Shown here piece after piece: positions 1 to 10,595 of a DNA stretch of 24,000 bases (its first letter is position 1; each line of letters starts with the position of its first letter). Source of the DNA: Waterburya agarophytonicola KI4 (GTDB taxonomy: Bacteria; Cyanobacteriota; Cyanobacteriia; Cyanobacteriales; Xenococcaceae). The notes under the pieces are model-generated. The model was given only the letters and a program-made list of their open reading frames with translations. It was not told the origin of the DNA and searched no databases. Both the position numbers and the translations under genes were made by a program. The DNA lies in assembly GCF_020640915.1 (NCBI RefSeq), contig NZ_JADWDC010000003.1:109565-133564 (forward strand). The letters are read 5' to 3'.

Positions 1-1
1 A

Positions 2-400
2 GAAACCAAACAATTAGAATTGTTGCATCAATACCACATAGATTTGGTTGTGTTGGCTAAATATATGCAAATTTTGAGTCCCAAATTGGTCGAACAGTTT
101 CCTAATGTAATTAATATTCATCATTCTTTTTTACCTGCTTTTCCTGGTGCTAAACCCTATCATCGCGCCCATACCAGAGGGGTCAAAATTATTGGTGCAA
201 CGGCTCATTATGTTACGGAAGATTTGGACGAAGGCCCAATTATCGAACAAGAAGTCGCTCGCGTAAATCATCAGGATACTGTAGCGGATTTGATTCGTAA
301 AGGAAGAGATTTGGAACGCTTAGTATTATCTCGTGCTGTTAGGTTACATTTACAGCATCGGGTATTGGTTTATGATAATAAAACCGTAGTATTTAATTAG
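2..400 (+). CDS. purU: Formyltetrahydrofolate deformylase, C-terminal part (5' end lies outside the window)
   Basis: Frame is open from base 2 ([26 protein letters not shown]). The [34 protein letters not shown]...LDEGPIIEQ motif is characteristic of the formyltransferase-fold domain of PurU. Confidence 0.93.
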   Translation, partial: ETKQLELLHQYHIDLVVLAKYMQILSPKLVEQFPNVINIHHSFLPAFPGAKPYHRAHTRGVKIIGATAHYVTEDLDEGPIIEQEVARVNHQDTVADLIRKGRDLERLVLSRAVRLHLQHRVLVYDNKTVVFN

Positions 401-436
401 TTTGACTTGTAGAAAATAGTTCGAGTTAATAACTTC

Positions 437-1288
437 ATGACAACTAGTAAAAAAATTAGCCAGCAGTCGTCTTTTCGTCCCCGCAAACAGTTCGGTCAAC
501 ATTGGCTGAAAGATGAGACAGTTCTAGATCGCATCATTTTGGCAGCGGAATTAGAAAAAGGCGATCGCATTCTGGAAATTGGACCAGGAACGGGGGCTTT
601 AACTACTAGATTGTTATCTCAAGTTTCGGCTTTAGTTGCAGTGGAAATAGATCGGGATCTCTGTAAAAAATTAGTCTATAAATATGGCGATCGTGATAAT
701 TTTCTGCTAGTCCAAGAAGACTTTTTAAAATGGGATTTGGAATCTTTATTAGAAAGATTTTCTAAGTTTCAACAACCCAATAAAGTAGTTGCTAATATTC
801 CTTACAATATTACGGGACCTATTTTAGAAAAATTGCTGGGAAAAATTGCCACTCCTGCAAGCCAGCAATATCAATGTATCGTATTATTGGTGCAAAAAGA
901 AGTAGGAGAACGTTTAGTAGCCGTACCAGGAACGAAAGCTTTCGGTGCATTATCAATTCGCGTACAGTATTTAGCTAGTTGCGAGCTAATTTGTGATGTT
1001 CCTGCACGAGCTTTTTATCCACGACCAAAAGTAGATTCAGTGGTTATTAAATTACGTCCTAGAGCAATTGCCAATCCTGCTAACAATCCTCGTCAATTAG
1101 AAACACTAATCAAACTAGGTTTTGCTAGTCGTCGTAAAATGTTACGTAATAATTTAAAGAGCTTAATCGCTCTTCAAGACCTCAATCAATTGTTAGAACA
1201 ACTAAACTTTAATCCTCAATGTCGTGCTGAAGATTTGACTTTAGACAACTGGATTAGATTAAGTAATAATTTTGACTGTATGAAATAA
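437..1288 (+). CDS. rsmA: 16S rRNA (adenine1518/1519-N6)-dimethyltransferase
   Basis: 283 aa. FGQHWLKD...ILEIGPGTGALT (SAM-binding motif), NIPYNITGPILEKLL and FYPRPKVDSVVIKL are typical RsmA/KsgA motifs. Confidence 0.96.
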   Translation: MTTSKKISQQSSFRPRKQFGQHWLKDETVLDRIILAAELEKGDRILEIGPGTGALTTRLLSQVSALVAVEIDRDLCKKLVYKYGDRDNFLLVQEDFLKWDLESLLERFSKFQQPNKVVANIPYNITGPILEKLLGKIATPASQQYQCIVLLVQKEVGERLVAVPGTKAFGALSIRVQYLASCELICDVPARAFYPRPKVDSVVIKLRPRAIANPANNPRQLETLIKLGFASRRKMLRNNLKSLIALQDLNQLLEQLNFNPQCRAEDLTLDNWIRLSNNFDCMK

Positions 1289-1472
1289 TCAATCTTCTTC
1301 ACGGGAATTAACCAAGAAAACATTAAAATAAATGAAATAAAGAAATAAAGTCCTATTTACAGTCTTTTTATGATTAACTAGACCACATTAAGCCATTTAA
1401 TCAGCGTGGACGTAAATCAAACATCTATTTTCAAAAAAAATAAGCTCTACCAAAAACTTATCGATCGACAAA

Positions 1473-3413
1473 ATGCGATTTACTATTAAAAATTTACACT
1501 GGATCGATATATTGATTCTTGGTTTGACATTAATAGTAACGCTATTAGGTATTGGTAACTATGGCTTGTACGAACCCCATGAGGGTCATTTTGCGATGGT
1601 GGGACAAGAAATGCTCTGGCGCAATGATTGGATTACTCCGCACCTCAACGGCGCACCTTATTTGAATAAACCGCCCCTATTGTACTGGTCGATCGCTACT
1701 TCTATCCGTATTTTTGGTTCAACGGAATTTTCAGCTAGATTCCCAATTGCTTTTTCGGGTTGGTTGGGAATAATCATTGCTTGGAAATGGACGAGAGAGC
1801 TTTGGGGAATTAGTTCTAGTCGTATAGCTGCCTTAATGCTTTCAGTGACTTTGGGTTGGTTTATTTTTACCCATCAGATTTTGATTGATGTTTTGTTGGG
1901 AACTTTATTATTGAGCAGCAGCTATTTTCTGTGGAAATGTCTTTATCAACCCCGCTCTTGGTTTAATTGGTTTGGTGCTTATATTTCTTTGGCGTTATGT
2001 GTTTTAACTAAGGGTTTGATTGGGGGAGTTTTTCCTTTAGTTAGTTGCATCGCTTTGGTTGTTGCTCGACAAGACTGGAAGATAATCAAGCGCATCAAAC
2101 TCCATCGCGGATTATTATTGGTTGTGGCAATAGTTTTACCTTGGTTTATGGCGATCGAGCAAGCTAATCCAGGTTTTTTGCATTATTTTATCGTTAACGA
2201 ACATTTCGATCGCTTGTTAGATCGTCGCTTTCCTCCAGATTATGAAGTCTCGAAAATTAGTGCGGTTGGTTATCTGGCTATTACAGCCTGTTGGTGTCTT
2301 CCTTGGATTTTATTCTTACCATCTGTAGTTAAGTTTACTTGGAAAGAATGGCGACGAGGTTTTTTAGACAATGCTTCTATTTTGGATCGCAAAAATAGCG
2401 ATGGTATATTTTTACTGGCAATTGGAGTAATTCTGCCAATAATTTTATTTTTACCACTGTCTTCTCGTCTAATTTACTATAGTATTCCTGCTATTCCCCC
2501 TTACGTGATGTTATGTGCTGGTTGGTGGGATCAACGCAGTCGTCAGTCATTAATTACAAACCAAGCATCAACGGTAATTGACTATCCCAGATCCGATACT
2601 AATCCTCCCATTGCCTACTCTTCAACAGTGAGTACATTGTGTCAATCCACCGTACAAATCGTAAATTGTCCCATTCAAACCAAGACGCTTAATTTGTATG
2701 GTGCGATCGCAATTATTTTCGGGATCGGTTGTTATACTCTGATCTTGTTTTTGCCTGTAATAACCAATTTATTACCGACAGTTTTGCAGACTACGGAAAT
2801 AGTTTGGCTGATAATAATTGTGGCTATCTCTTTAGGTACGGGTTGGCTGATTTCAGGAATTGGAATGTTGCGACGTTCTAGTTTAGCTTGGCTGCCTTTA
2901 TTTATAGTGTTAGCAATTACTTATATCGCTACTATCAGGGGTTTCGCTCTTTACCAAGATATTCGTTCCTCAAAAAGTATAGTCAGTCAAGCCAATACTT
3001 GCTTGAGTGCGGATACTCTCTGGATCTTTGAAGGTTCGCGAGAAATTGGCGCAGCAGGTGCAATTAGCTACTATTTGAATCAAAATCGAGATGGAAATCT
3101 TATTTCCCCAAAAGACAATTCTTATCGTACCGTAATGGTTTTGGCTGATGGAGGCAAAAATCGTCTCCCGCCTCAATTCCCTGGTTCTCTACCTAAATAT
3201 CTGGTTACTCAAGCACAATTGAAACAATATTGGTATCGAGATATTCCCGTAGTGTTTATCACTGATTTTCTACGTCAACCTAACGATCTTGACGATCCCT
3301 TTGAGATCAATTTACCTCAAGCAAATATTCAACCTTACGCGATCGAAGGTCAACGCCGACTCTATCTCAATCAAGCTGCTAGAGCAATTGTACATCGGCA
3401 ATGCAATCAATAA
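1473..3413 (+). CDS. GT39/ArnT-like integral membrane glycosyltransferase
   Basis: 646 aa, multiple hydrophobic segments. N-terminal YEPHEGHFAMVGQEML...HLNGAPYLNKPPLLYW matches the acidic first loop and KPPL motif of the PMT/ArnT family. Confidence 0.85.
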   Translation: MRFTIKNLHWIDILILGLTLIVTLLGIGNYGLYEPHEGHFAMVGQEMLWRNDWITPHLNGAPYLNKPPLLYWSIATSIRIFGSTEFSARFPIAFSGWLGIIIAWKWTRELWGISSSRIAALMLSVTLGWFIFTHQILIDVLLGTLLLSSSYFLWKCLYQPRSWFNWFGAYISLALCVLTKGLIGGVFPLVSCIALVVARQDWKIIKRIKLHRGLLLVVAIVLPWFMAIEQANPGFLHYFIVNEHFDRLLDRRFPPDYEVSKISAVGYLAITACWCLPWILFLPSVVKFTWKEWRRGFLDNASILDRKNSDGIFLLAIGVILPIILFLPLSSRLIYYSIPAIPPYVMLCAGWWDQRSRQSLITNQASTVIDYPRSDTNPPIAYSSTVSTLCQSTVQIVNCPIQTKTLNLYGAIAIIFGIGCYTLILFLPVITNLLPTVLQTTEIVWLIIIVAISLGTGWLISGIGMLRRSSLAWLPLFIVLAITYIATIRGFALYQDIRSSKSIVSQANTCLSADTLWIFEGSREIGAAGAISYYLNQNRDGNLISPKDNSYRTVMVLADGGKNRLPPQFPGSLPKYLVTQAQLKQYWYRDIPVVFITDFLRQPNDLDDPFEINLPQANIQPYAIEGQRRLYLNQAARAIVHRQCNQ

Positions 3414-3692
3414 AAAATAGCCATGGAACATAATTTTTGGTCGATCTACCAAAATCCTTCAAACTGCATAAAATCGTCTTATTCTCTCATAGTAATAAGT
3501 AGTCCAAACCCTTTAGCTTGTTAGGGAAGTGTTTGGATCGTAGCTTTGTAGATGGTGCTTTATGTACTTTCTACACGCTACTTATAGCGGTTCTGATTTT
3601 AATAAAGAAATATTTTAATGGTAGTTATTTTGTGGTATTTAACTTTGAAAAGGTGACTTATAATGTTGCTTTCTCAAAGTTTTTTTGTGTTC

Positions 3693-4823
3693 ATGAGAAA
3701 AAATAATTGCTCGATCGCTTTACTAGATCGTTATTTAATTAATCAGTTAATTCCCCATTTATTATTTGCGATCGCAATTTGTACTATCCTCAGCGAATTG
3801 ATTGGTATTTCTTTTGAACAGATTAAGTTTGTGGCGATGGAAGGTTTACCTGTTGGTATTATGGCTCAAGTCCATTATCTCAAACTACCTGCGTTTTTGG
3901 CTTTATCATTGCCTTTATCCTTGTTGATGGCGACAATTATTACCTATAGTAAGCTATCAGCAAGAAATGAAATTGTAGCGATGGGGAGTTATGGTATTAG
4001 TCTCTATCGTATGGTTGCGCCAGCAATGGCGATCGCTTTAAGTATGGCAGGCTTAATGTTTGCATTGAATGAATTTGTTGTCCCTCCTGCTAATTATCAA
4101 GCAGCAATTATTTTAGAGCAGGAATGGCAGGTGGATCGGACTCAATTAGCTAAATATAATAAACGAGAAATTGTCTATCAAAAGTTTGTTGATGATGGGA
4201 TAAAGTCTAGTTTGAAATTTCTTTTTTTTGCCGATCACTTTGATGGTCAAGATATGCAAGGAATTACTTTTTTGGAATATCAAGATAGCCAATTAAGCAG
4301 AATAATTACTGCCAAAATAGGAAGATGGAGCGTTCGGCAAGAACTTTGGCAGCTATTTGACGGTCATCAAGAGATAATTGATGCAGATGGTTTTTATACT
4401 CAAACTAAAGATTTCGATTTACTTTTACTTCAATTGAGCCGAGATATTTTTGACTATGCTAATCACCATCGCGACAATCGTGAAATGAGTATTTTTGAGT
4501 TATATCAACGGCTAAATGTTATCCTTCATACTAATAATAAAAAAATCCTGCGTCAGCTAAAAATTGCCATCCACGAGAGATATGCTTTGCCATTTTCTTG
4601 TCTAATTTTTGCTCTTTTGGGTACGGGTTTGGGTATGAAAACGGGAACTAAAACTAAATCTAATGGAATGGCGATCGCTGGAATGACAATTTTTATTTAT
4701 TATTCCGCTCAATTTATCGCCACAGCTCTAACTAGCAATGGCTTTTTGCCGTTACTTTTAGGTGTATGGTTGCCAAATTGTATAGGTCTATTTTTAAGTA
4801 TTTATTTCCTCAAACCCGTTTGA
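3693..4823 (+). CDS. LptF/LptG (YjgP/YjgQ) family permease
   Basis: LLDRYLINQLIPHLLFAIAICTILSELIGI at the N-terminus, then LPLSLLMATIITYSKLSARNEIVAMGSYGIS, with C-terminal TM segments. Start placed at the internal Met (3693) rather than 3663 because the first 10 residues (MLLSQSFFVF) look non-native. Confidence 0.82.
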   Translation: MRKNNCSIALLDRYLINQLIPHLLFAIAICTILSELIGISFEQIKFVAMEGLPVGIMAQVHYLKLPAFLALSLPLSLLMATIITYSKLSARNEIVAMGSYGISLYRMVAPAMAIALSMAGLMFALNEFVVPPANYQAAIILEQEWQVDRTQLAKYNKREIVYQKFVDDGIKSSLKFLFFADHFDGQDMQGITFLEYQDSQLSRIITAKIGRWSVRQELWQLFDGHQEIIDADGFYTQTKDFDLLLLQLSRDIFDYANHHRDNREMSIFELYQRLNVILHTNNKKILRQLKIAIHERYALPFSCLIFALLGTGLGMKTGTKTKSNGMAIAGMTIFIYYSAQFIATALTSNGFLPLLLGVWLPNCIGLFLSIYFLKPV

Positions 4824-5090
4824 TAAACTAATATTTAGGCTGAAAGCATAACATTAGTTAATTATTCTCACTCCAACTGAGGTTAAACGTAATATTTAAG
4901 GTTTAGATTGCCGAAACTTGCTAAACTGATCGTGGTTATAATTAGTTTCTTCTCTAAGATCTGGCAAAAATATTGTTGGAGAAGCAATTTTTTGCTATTT
5001 GTTTCTAGATCGGGTTCGCACTTTTTATTTAGTTCAGATTAGTAACGACAAAATTAGTATTGAGGTTCGAGCAAAAGTTTTTAAATAGTT

Positions 5091-8000
5091 ATGTCAATTA
5101 TTCACGGCAGTTGGATTGTTAATTCTGGTCAAAATTATTTTTTTATTTGGGGAGAAACTTGGCGATCGCTAGTTAATGAAAAGTTCTCTCTCAATAAATC
5201 GGGAGATTTTATTCATCCCTTCGATCTATCCCAACAAGAATTATTAGATCTCTGCCAAAGTCATCAATTAGACATTCTAGATTTATTAAATCAAAGCACC
5301 TGGCAAACTCAATTGGTAGGAATGCCAACTATCGTTACAGGGACAGAAGATAGTAAAAAAATTCAACCAGTTTTTGCAGGAGATATTGTCGAATCAGAAG
5401 CTAGTTTAGATTTGTATTTATGGGAAGTAAAAGGATTTCGTTTGACCCCCCAGCAAACAGTTGAATTGTTACAAGTTTTATCCTTTAGCTCGTTACAATC
5501 GAGCGTTCAATATTTGGCAGGAGATATTTGTTTTTGGTCGCATATTTATCGCTGGGTTTTAGATTTAATTGTCCGACAAAAATTCTTACCAGGAATTGAT
5601 GAGAGTGGTTCGAGAAAAACACCACCAAAAAGTATTTGGCAGCCAATTATTGATAGTGAAGTAGATCGAGTCAGACTGGCTAAATTTATTCAGACTATTC
5701 CCGAAGCTTGTTTGGCTTATTTAGATGCAGAAAAGTCTCAAGCTAATACTACCGATGAAGAGCTACTATTGCGATCGCTTTCTATTATGTTAGATAGTAG
5801 ATTGCGGACTTGGATTGATTATCAACCTAATGGGGTTAAAGATAGCATCGTTCAACCTTGGTTACAATCTTTAGCTCAATCTCCCAAAATAGAGGGGAAT
5901 AATCAGAGTATCAAACGCTTAAGTAATGCTTTATATAATTGGACATTACCTATTAGTGAATATATTGTCGATCCTCACAATAATAATTTAGGACAAAATC
6001 GCTATCGGGTTTGTTTTGTGCTGACTCCCCCCGCAGAAACTACTGACGATACAATCCAGAATGATTGGTCTTTGAATTATTATCTACAAGCATTAGATGA
6101 TAGTAATTTTGTGATTAATGCAGGAGTAGTTTGGCAATGTGCCAAAGAATTTTTAAATATAGGCGATCGCACCATTGAAAATCCTCAAGAAACTCTCTTA
6201 AAAGGCTTGGGATTAGCAACTCGTATTTATAGTCCGATTGCAGATAGTTTAGAAAAAAGTCAACCCATCAGTTGCGTACTCAATCCAATTCAAGTTTATG
6301 AATTTATTAGAGCGATCGCTTGGCAATTAAAAGATAATGGTTTGGGGGTTATTTTACCTCCTGGTTTGACTCAAGGAAATAGCGAACAAAGATTGGGCAT
6401 TAAAATGACTGCTAGCGTCAATCAAAGAAAAGGAGAACGCTTAAGTCTGCAAAGTATGCTGAAATATAAATTAGAAATTGCTGTCGGCGATCGCAGTGTT
6501 TCTAAGCGAGATTTTAAAAAATTACTGGCACAAAAGTCTCCTATAGTTGAGATAGATGGACAATGGATTGCCCTACAACCAGCGGATGTGAGGGCTGCAC
6601 AAGCAGTATTAGACAAGTCCAACGAACAGTTAGATTTATCAGTTGAGGATGCCCTACGTTTGTCCACTGGCGACACTAAAACTCTAGCAAAATTACCTGT
6701 AGTTAAGTTTGAAACCACGGGAGTTTTATCTGGATTGTTAGATAATTTGAGCGATAATAAAGCAGTCGAAGCTGTCAATAATATTAAAGGTTTTAAAGGA
6801 GAATTACGCCCTTATCAAGCCAAAGGAGTAGGTTGGTTATCTTTCTTAGAAACTTGGGGTTTAGGTGCTTGTCTGGCAGATGATATGGGACTTGGTAAAA
6901 CTATTCAGTTGATAGGATTTATCTTAAATCTCAAACAACAAAAGCTATTAACTAAGCCTACTTTATTAGTTTGTCCAACTTCTGTAATTAATAATTGGGA
7001 ACGAGAAGTTAAAAAATTTGCCCCCACCTTAAAAACAGTAATTCATCATGGAGATAAACGAGAACAAGGTAAAACTTTTAGCAAACAAGTTAAAGATTGT
7101 CAGTTAGTAATTACCAGCTATTCCCTAGTTCATCGCGATCTTAAAACTCTCTCAGGTATCCAATGGCAAGGGGTAGTATTAGATGAAGCCCAAAATATCA
7201 AAAACCCTTCGGCAAAACAGTCTCAGGCTGTACGAGATGTCCCCGCAGGATTTCGGATTGCTTTAACAGGAACGCCTGTAGAAAATAGATTGACAGAATT
7301 ATGGTCAATTCTAGACTTCCTCAATCCTGGCTTTTTGGGCAATCGAAACTTCTTCCAAAAAAGATTTGCTGCACCGATCGAAAAATATGGCGATCGCGAA
7401 TCTTTAAATGTACTTAGATCTCTAACACAACCTTTTATTCTGCGCCGTTTAAAAACTGACAAAAATATCATTCAAGACTTACCCGAAAAGCAAGAAATGA
7501 ATGTTTATTGCGGTCTTTCTGTCGAACAAGCAGAACTATATCAACAGTTAGTTGATAATTCATTAGAAGAAATAGAAGATTCTGATGGCATCAAACGTCG
7601 GGGATTAATTCTCACCTTATTATTACGCCTCAAACAACTTTGCAATCACCCCAAATTACTCCAAAATAATCAAGGCAAAAAAGTCCAAATAGATCCCGAA
7701 TACTTTAGCGAACGTTCTGGCAAACTATTACGTTTAGAAGAAATGCTAGAAGAGATTGTCGACGAAGGCGATCGGGCTTTAATCTTTACTCAGTTTTCTG
7801 AATGGGGCAGAATGTTACAACCCTATTTGTCAGAGAAATTAAAAGGAGAAGTGTTATTTTTATATGGCGCAACTCCCCGTCTAGCTAGACAGGAAATGGT
7901 AGATCGTTTTCAAAACGAACCCAATGGCCCCAAAATATTTATCTTATCTCTAAAAGCTGGAGGAACGGGACTTAATTTAACTAGAGCAAATCATGTATTT

Positions 8001-8261
8001 CATGTCGATCGCTGGTGGAATCCTGCGGTAGAAAATCAAGCAACAGATCGGGCATTTCGGATCGGACAAAAACGCAACGTACAGGTACACAAATTCGTTT
8101 GTACAGGTACTTTAGAAGAAAAAATTAGCGACATCATTGAAAGCAAAAAAGAGCTAGCAGAACAGACTGTAAATGCTGGGGAACAATGGTTAACCGATTT
8201 AGATACTAATAGTTTGCGTAGTTTATTACTATTAGATCGCGATGCGGTAATAGAAGATTAA
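5091..8261 (+). CDS. SNF2-family DEAD/DEAH-box helicase
   Basis: 1056 aa. Helicase motifs: LADDMGLGKTIQ (I), VLDEAQNIKNP (II), ALTGTPVENRLTELWSI (III), LILTQFSEWG-type region IFTQFSEWGRML, SLKAGGTGLNLTRANHVFHVDRWWNPAVENQATDRAFRIGQ (V-VI). Confidence 0.95.
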   Translation: MSIIHGSWIVNSGQNYFFIWGETWRSLVNEKFSLNKSGDFIHPFDLSQQELLDLCQSHQLDILDLLNQSTWQTQLVGMPTIVTGTEDSKKIQPVFAGDIVESEASLDLYLWEVKGFRLTPQQTVELLQVLSFSSLQSSVQYLAGDICFWSHIYRWVLDLIVRQKFLPGIDESGSRKTPPKSIWQPIIDSEVDRVRLAKFIQTIPEACLAYLDAEKSQANTTDEELLLRSLSIMLDSRLRTWIDYQPNGVKDSIVQPWLQSLAQSPKIEGNNQSIKRLSNALYNWTLPISEYIVDPHNNNLGQNRYRVCFVLTPPAETTDDTIQNDWSLNYYLQALDDSNFVINAGVVWQCAKEFLNIGDRTIENPQETLLKGLGLATRIYSPIADSLEKSQPISCVLNPIQVYEFIRAIAWQLKDNGLGVILPPGLTQGNSEQRLGIKMTASVNQRKGERLSLQSMLKYKLEIAVGDRSVSKRDFKKLLAQKSPIVEIDGQWIALQPADVRAAQAVLDKSNEQLDLSVEDALRLSTGDTKTLAKLPVVKFETTGVLSGLLDNLSDNKAVEAVNNIKGFKGELRPYQAKGVGWLSFLETWGLGACLADDMGLGKTIQLIGFILNLKQQKLLTKPTLLVCPTSVINNWEREVKKFAPTLKTVIHHGDKREQGKTFSKQVKDCQLVITSYSLVHRDLKTLSGIQWQGVVLDEAQNIKNPSAKQSQAVRDVPAGFRIALTGTPVENRLTELWSILDFLNPGFLGNRNFFQKRFAAPIEKYGDRESLNVLRSLTQPFILRRLKTDKNIIQDLPEKQEMNVYCGLSVEQAELYQQLVDNSLEEIEDSDGIKRRGLILTLLLRLKQLCNHPKLLQNNQGKKVQIDPEYFSERSGKLLRLEEMLEEIVDEGDRALIFTQFSEWGRMLQPYLSEKLKGEVLFLYGATPRLARQEMVDRFQNEPNGPKIFILSLKAGGTGLNLTRANHVFHVDRWWNPAVENQATDRAFRIGQKRNVQVHKFVCTGTLEEKISDIIESKKELAEQTVNAGEQWLTDLDTNSLRSLLLLDRDAVIED

Positions 8262-8638
8262 TGAAATTATTTATTCAATTATTAATCTCGATCCAAAAAT
8301 ATTGGATCTCCCTAACATTATTTATACTGACAATTATTACTCTTCTTTCTCTTTCGCCCCTAGATGAATTGCCTCCCATACCTGGTACGGATAAAACTCA
8401 CCACTTTATTGCTTATGCTGCTTTAATGTTTCCCACTGCCATCAAAAAACCAAACTATATTTTGGCGATCGCATTATTCTTGATTGCCTGGAGTGGCGCG
8501 ATCGAATTATTGCAGCCATACGTTAACCGTTATGGAGATCCGCGCGATCTTTTAGCCAATATAATGGGTTTATTCTGTAGTTGGGCGATCGTTAACCTAA
8601 TGAGAAAATTTTTTCCGATAGATCCCGATCCAAAATAA
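8261..8638 (+). CDS. VanZ-like membrane protein
   Basis: 125 aa with TM segments; DKTHHFIAYAALMFP...AIELLQPYVNRYGDPRDLLANIMG resembles the VanZ-like fold motif. ATG overlaps the TAA of the helicase gene by 1 nt. Confidence 0.8.
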   Translation: MKLFIQLLISIQKYWISLTLFILTIITLLSLSPLDELPPIPGTDKTHHFIAYAALMFPTAIKKPNYILAIALFLIAWSGAIELLQPYVNRYGDPRDLLANIMGLFCSWAIVNLMRKFFPIDPDPK

Positions 8639-8741
8639 CTTCAGTAAATAATACTAAAAGCGATCGCCTATTGGGCGGAAACAAAATGAGGGTGTTTGTT
8701 CGTCAATGGCTTGGGGAAGAATTGTTAAAATCAATTATTTT

Positions 8742-9326
8742 ATGGAAATTATTCTGGCACTCTGTTTGGGCGTAACTCTTAGTGCAGCTTCGGGATTTCG
8801 CATCTTTCTACCTCCTTTAGCTATGAGTTTGGCTTCCTTATCTGGCAATTTAGAACTATCTTCAGGATTTGGCTGGGTGGGGACATATCCTACGGCGATC
8901 GCTTTGGGTATTGCTACTCTAGTGGAGATTTTGGCTTATTATATCCCCGTCGTCGATAACTTGTTAGATGCGATCGAAATACCAACCGCTATTGCTATCG
9001 GGACATTATTAACTGCTGCCAATTTAGGTGATATCGATCCCTTATTACAATGGAGTATCGCGGCGATCGCAGGTGGCGGTACAGCGGGTATTATTGAAAC
9101 TTTCACTGCCATGACACGAGCAGCTTCTACAGGAATGACTGGGGGGACGGGAAACTTTTTAGTATCTACTACCGAAGCTTTAAGTGCTGGTATCTTATCT
9201 ATTTTGGCAATCTTCGTGCCTATTTTTGCAGCAGCTTTAGTTTTGGGCTTGTTGATTATGGCGATGGTCAAATTACCTAAATTCATCAAATCTTGGCAGC
9301 GACGCAAACGGCGCAAAAGTAGATAA
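8742..9326 (+). CDS. DUF4126-like membrane protein
   Basis: Hydrophobic protein: LCLGVTLSAASGFRIFLPPLAMSLASLSGNL...VATLVEILAYYIPVVDNLLDAIEIPTAIAIGTLL. ORF can begin at 8706, but MEIILALCLGV at 8742 is the more natural start. Confidence 0.72.
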   Translation: MEIILALCLGVTLSAASGFRIFLPPLAMSLASLSGNLELSSGFGWVGTYPTAIALGIATLVEILAYYIPVVDNLLDAIEIPTAIAIGTLLTAANLGDIDPLLQWSIAAIAGGGTAGIIETFTAMTRAASTGMTGGTGNFLVSTTEALSAGILSILAIFVPIFAAALVLGLLIMAMVKLPKFIKSWQRRKRRKSR

Positions 9327-9345
9327 TTGGCGATCGCTTATTGGC

Positions 9346-10374
9346 TTATATTTTTATAGTACCGAATCTCAATCTGATTTTTTCCAATGGACCAAAAAAC
9401 ATTCCTAACAACACAGTTGTGATGATTGCCAAGAACCACAAAAAATATACTGGTAGGTTGATTTTCGCTCCAATTACATTTACAAGCGTATATCCAATCC
9501 CCTGCCATAAATAAATTGAATAGCCATTTTCCATGAATGGCTTGAACCAATTAGCAGAAGCTAAAAATTCAGTTTTTCTCGGATTCAAATAAGAAAAAAC
9601 CAAGAGGAATGATGACAGCCAAATAGAGCTAAATACAAAAAACAACCAATTCGGCGGAAATTTATTAGATTGCATATTTAGAGTAACTGGCAAGAAAAAA
9701 TTACTTAATATAAGTGCAGCAATACCCAACAAAACAATTGATATACATTGAATCCGCTCGATCTTGAGATTAATCCTCAGAATATAACCCAAATAAGCCC
9801 AAAATAGATAAAAAATTGGTGTAATCAATCTAGTTGTAGATTCTGGAATTACTGATGTGGTTGAGATAATAATACATAATCCACTAGCCGTGAGCCATAG
9901 AGGTATCCTTAAAGAATAGAACTTTGCTACGAACGGAAGCAGAAATGTCACCATCAAGAAAGGCCCAATAAACCATAAGTGCATCGTTAACATGCCAAAT
10001 GAATGCTCTTCTCCACCGCTAAGAGGGTTAAGCCAATCTATAATTGTTGCCGTTATATGTGTTTGAGCTTCTTTAATATCCAGTGGAAAAATTATCAACA
10101 AGCAACACATAGCATAAGCAAAGTATGGTATGAGGATTCTCGAACTTCTACTAATCACAAACAAAATATAATTCTTAGTATTCAGAACAAACTGCGTTTT
10201 TTTTTCAAATAGTCCATAGGCATAACCTGAAATAACAAAAATCAAAGGCATTTCAAAAAGCAACAGCGAACCATATGAGTGGGGTATTATATCCAGCCAA
10301 AACACACCATGTATGATGGTAACGATGTAGAATATCAGTCCTGCTCTTGCTATATCTATATTTCTGTTTCTCAT
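9346..10374 (-). CDS. Acyltransferase family 3-like membrane protein
   Basis: 342 aa. N-terminal RNIDIARAGLIFYIVTIIHG, about 10 TM segments, central MLTMHLWFIGPFLMVTFLLPF and C-terminal NGYSIYLWQGIGYTLVN, as in acyltransferase_3 proteins. Confidence 0.8.
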   Translation of the reverse strand: MRNRNIDIARAGLIFYIVTIIHGVFWLDIIPHSYGSLLLFEMPLIFVISGYAYGLFEKKTQFVLNTKNYILFVISRSSRILIPYFAYAMCCLLIIFPLDIKEAQTHITATIIDWLNPLSGGEEHSFGMLTMHLWFIGPFLMVTFLLPFVAKFYSLRIPLWLTASGLCIIISTTSVIPESTTRLITPIFYLFWAYLGYILRINLKIERIQCISIVLLGIAALILSNFFLPVTLNMQSNKFPPNWLFFVFSSIWLSSFLLVFSYLNPRKTEFLASANWFKPFMENGYSIYLWQGIGYTLVNVIGAKINLPVYFLWFLAIITTVLLGMFFGPLEKIRLRFGTIKI

Positions 10375-10595
10375 TTTTCTGGTTTCTCATCTTTTTTGTT
10401 TATAGAGCCGATCGACTGAAAAATTGATAACTATAAATGATTTAGACTTTTAAATTCGATATTCAAAATAGTTTATTTTAACTTTTTATATTAATATCTT
10501 ACCTTTATTCTCCAATCGGTAAAATCAATGTTTATCGCATTCTACAATCAACAAAATGACCAGAAAAAGTGAAGGGTTAGATGTCTAGACAATCT

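Noticed and set aside
3435-3454. TTTTGGT-CGATCT-ACCAAAA inverted repeat after the GT39 gene as a terminator
   Set aside because: Only a 7 bp stem with A/T-rich ends and no T-run after it on either strand; too weak to call.
3518-3706. 62-aa plus-strand ORF
   Set aside because: Overlaps the start of the permease gene in another frame, has no recognisable motif, and reads like translated AT-rich spacer.
4824-4857. AACTAAT-N20-ATTAGTT after the permease gene as a terminator
   Set aside because: AT-only stem with a 20 nt loop and no U-tract; likely chance in AT-rich spacer.
6422-7471. Two minus-strand ORFs (118 and 82 aa) inside the helicase gene
   Set aside because: Antisense shadows of a strongly conserved coding frame.
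5091-8261. SNF2 helicase as part of a defence system such as DISARM-like modules
   Set aside because: No methyltransferase, nuclease, DUF1998 or PLD partner nearby; neighbours are VanZ-like, LptF/G-like and housekeeping genes.
9338-9550. 70-aa minus-strand ORF
   Set aside because: Out-of-frame overlap with the acyltransferase C-terminus; no supporting motif.
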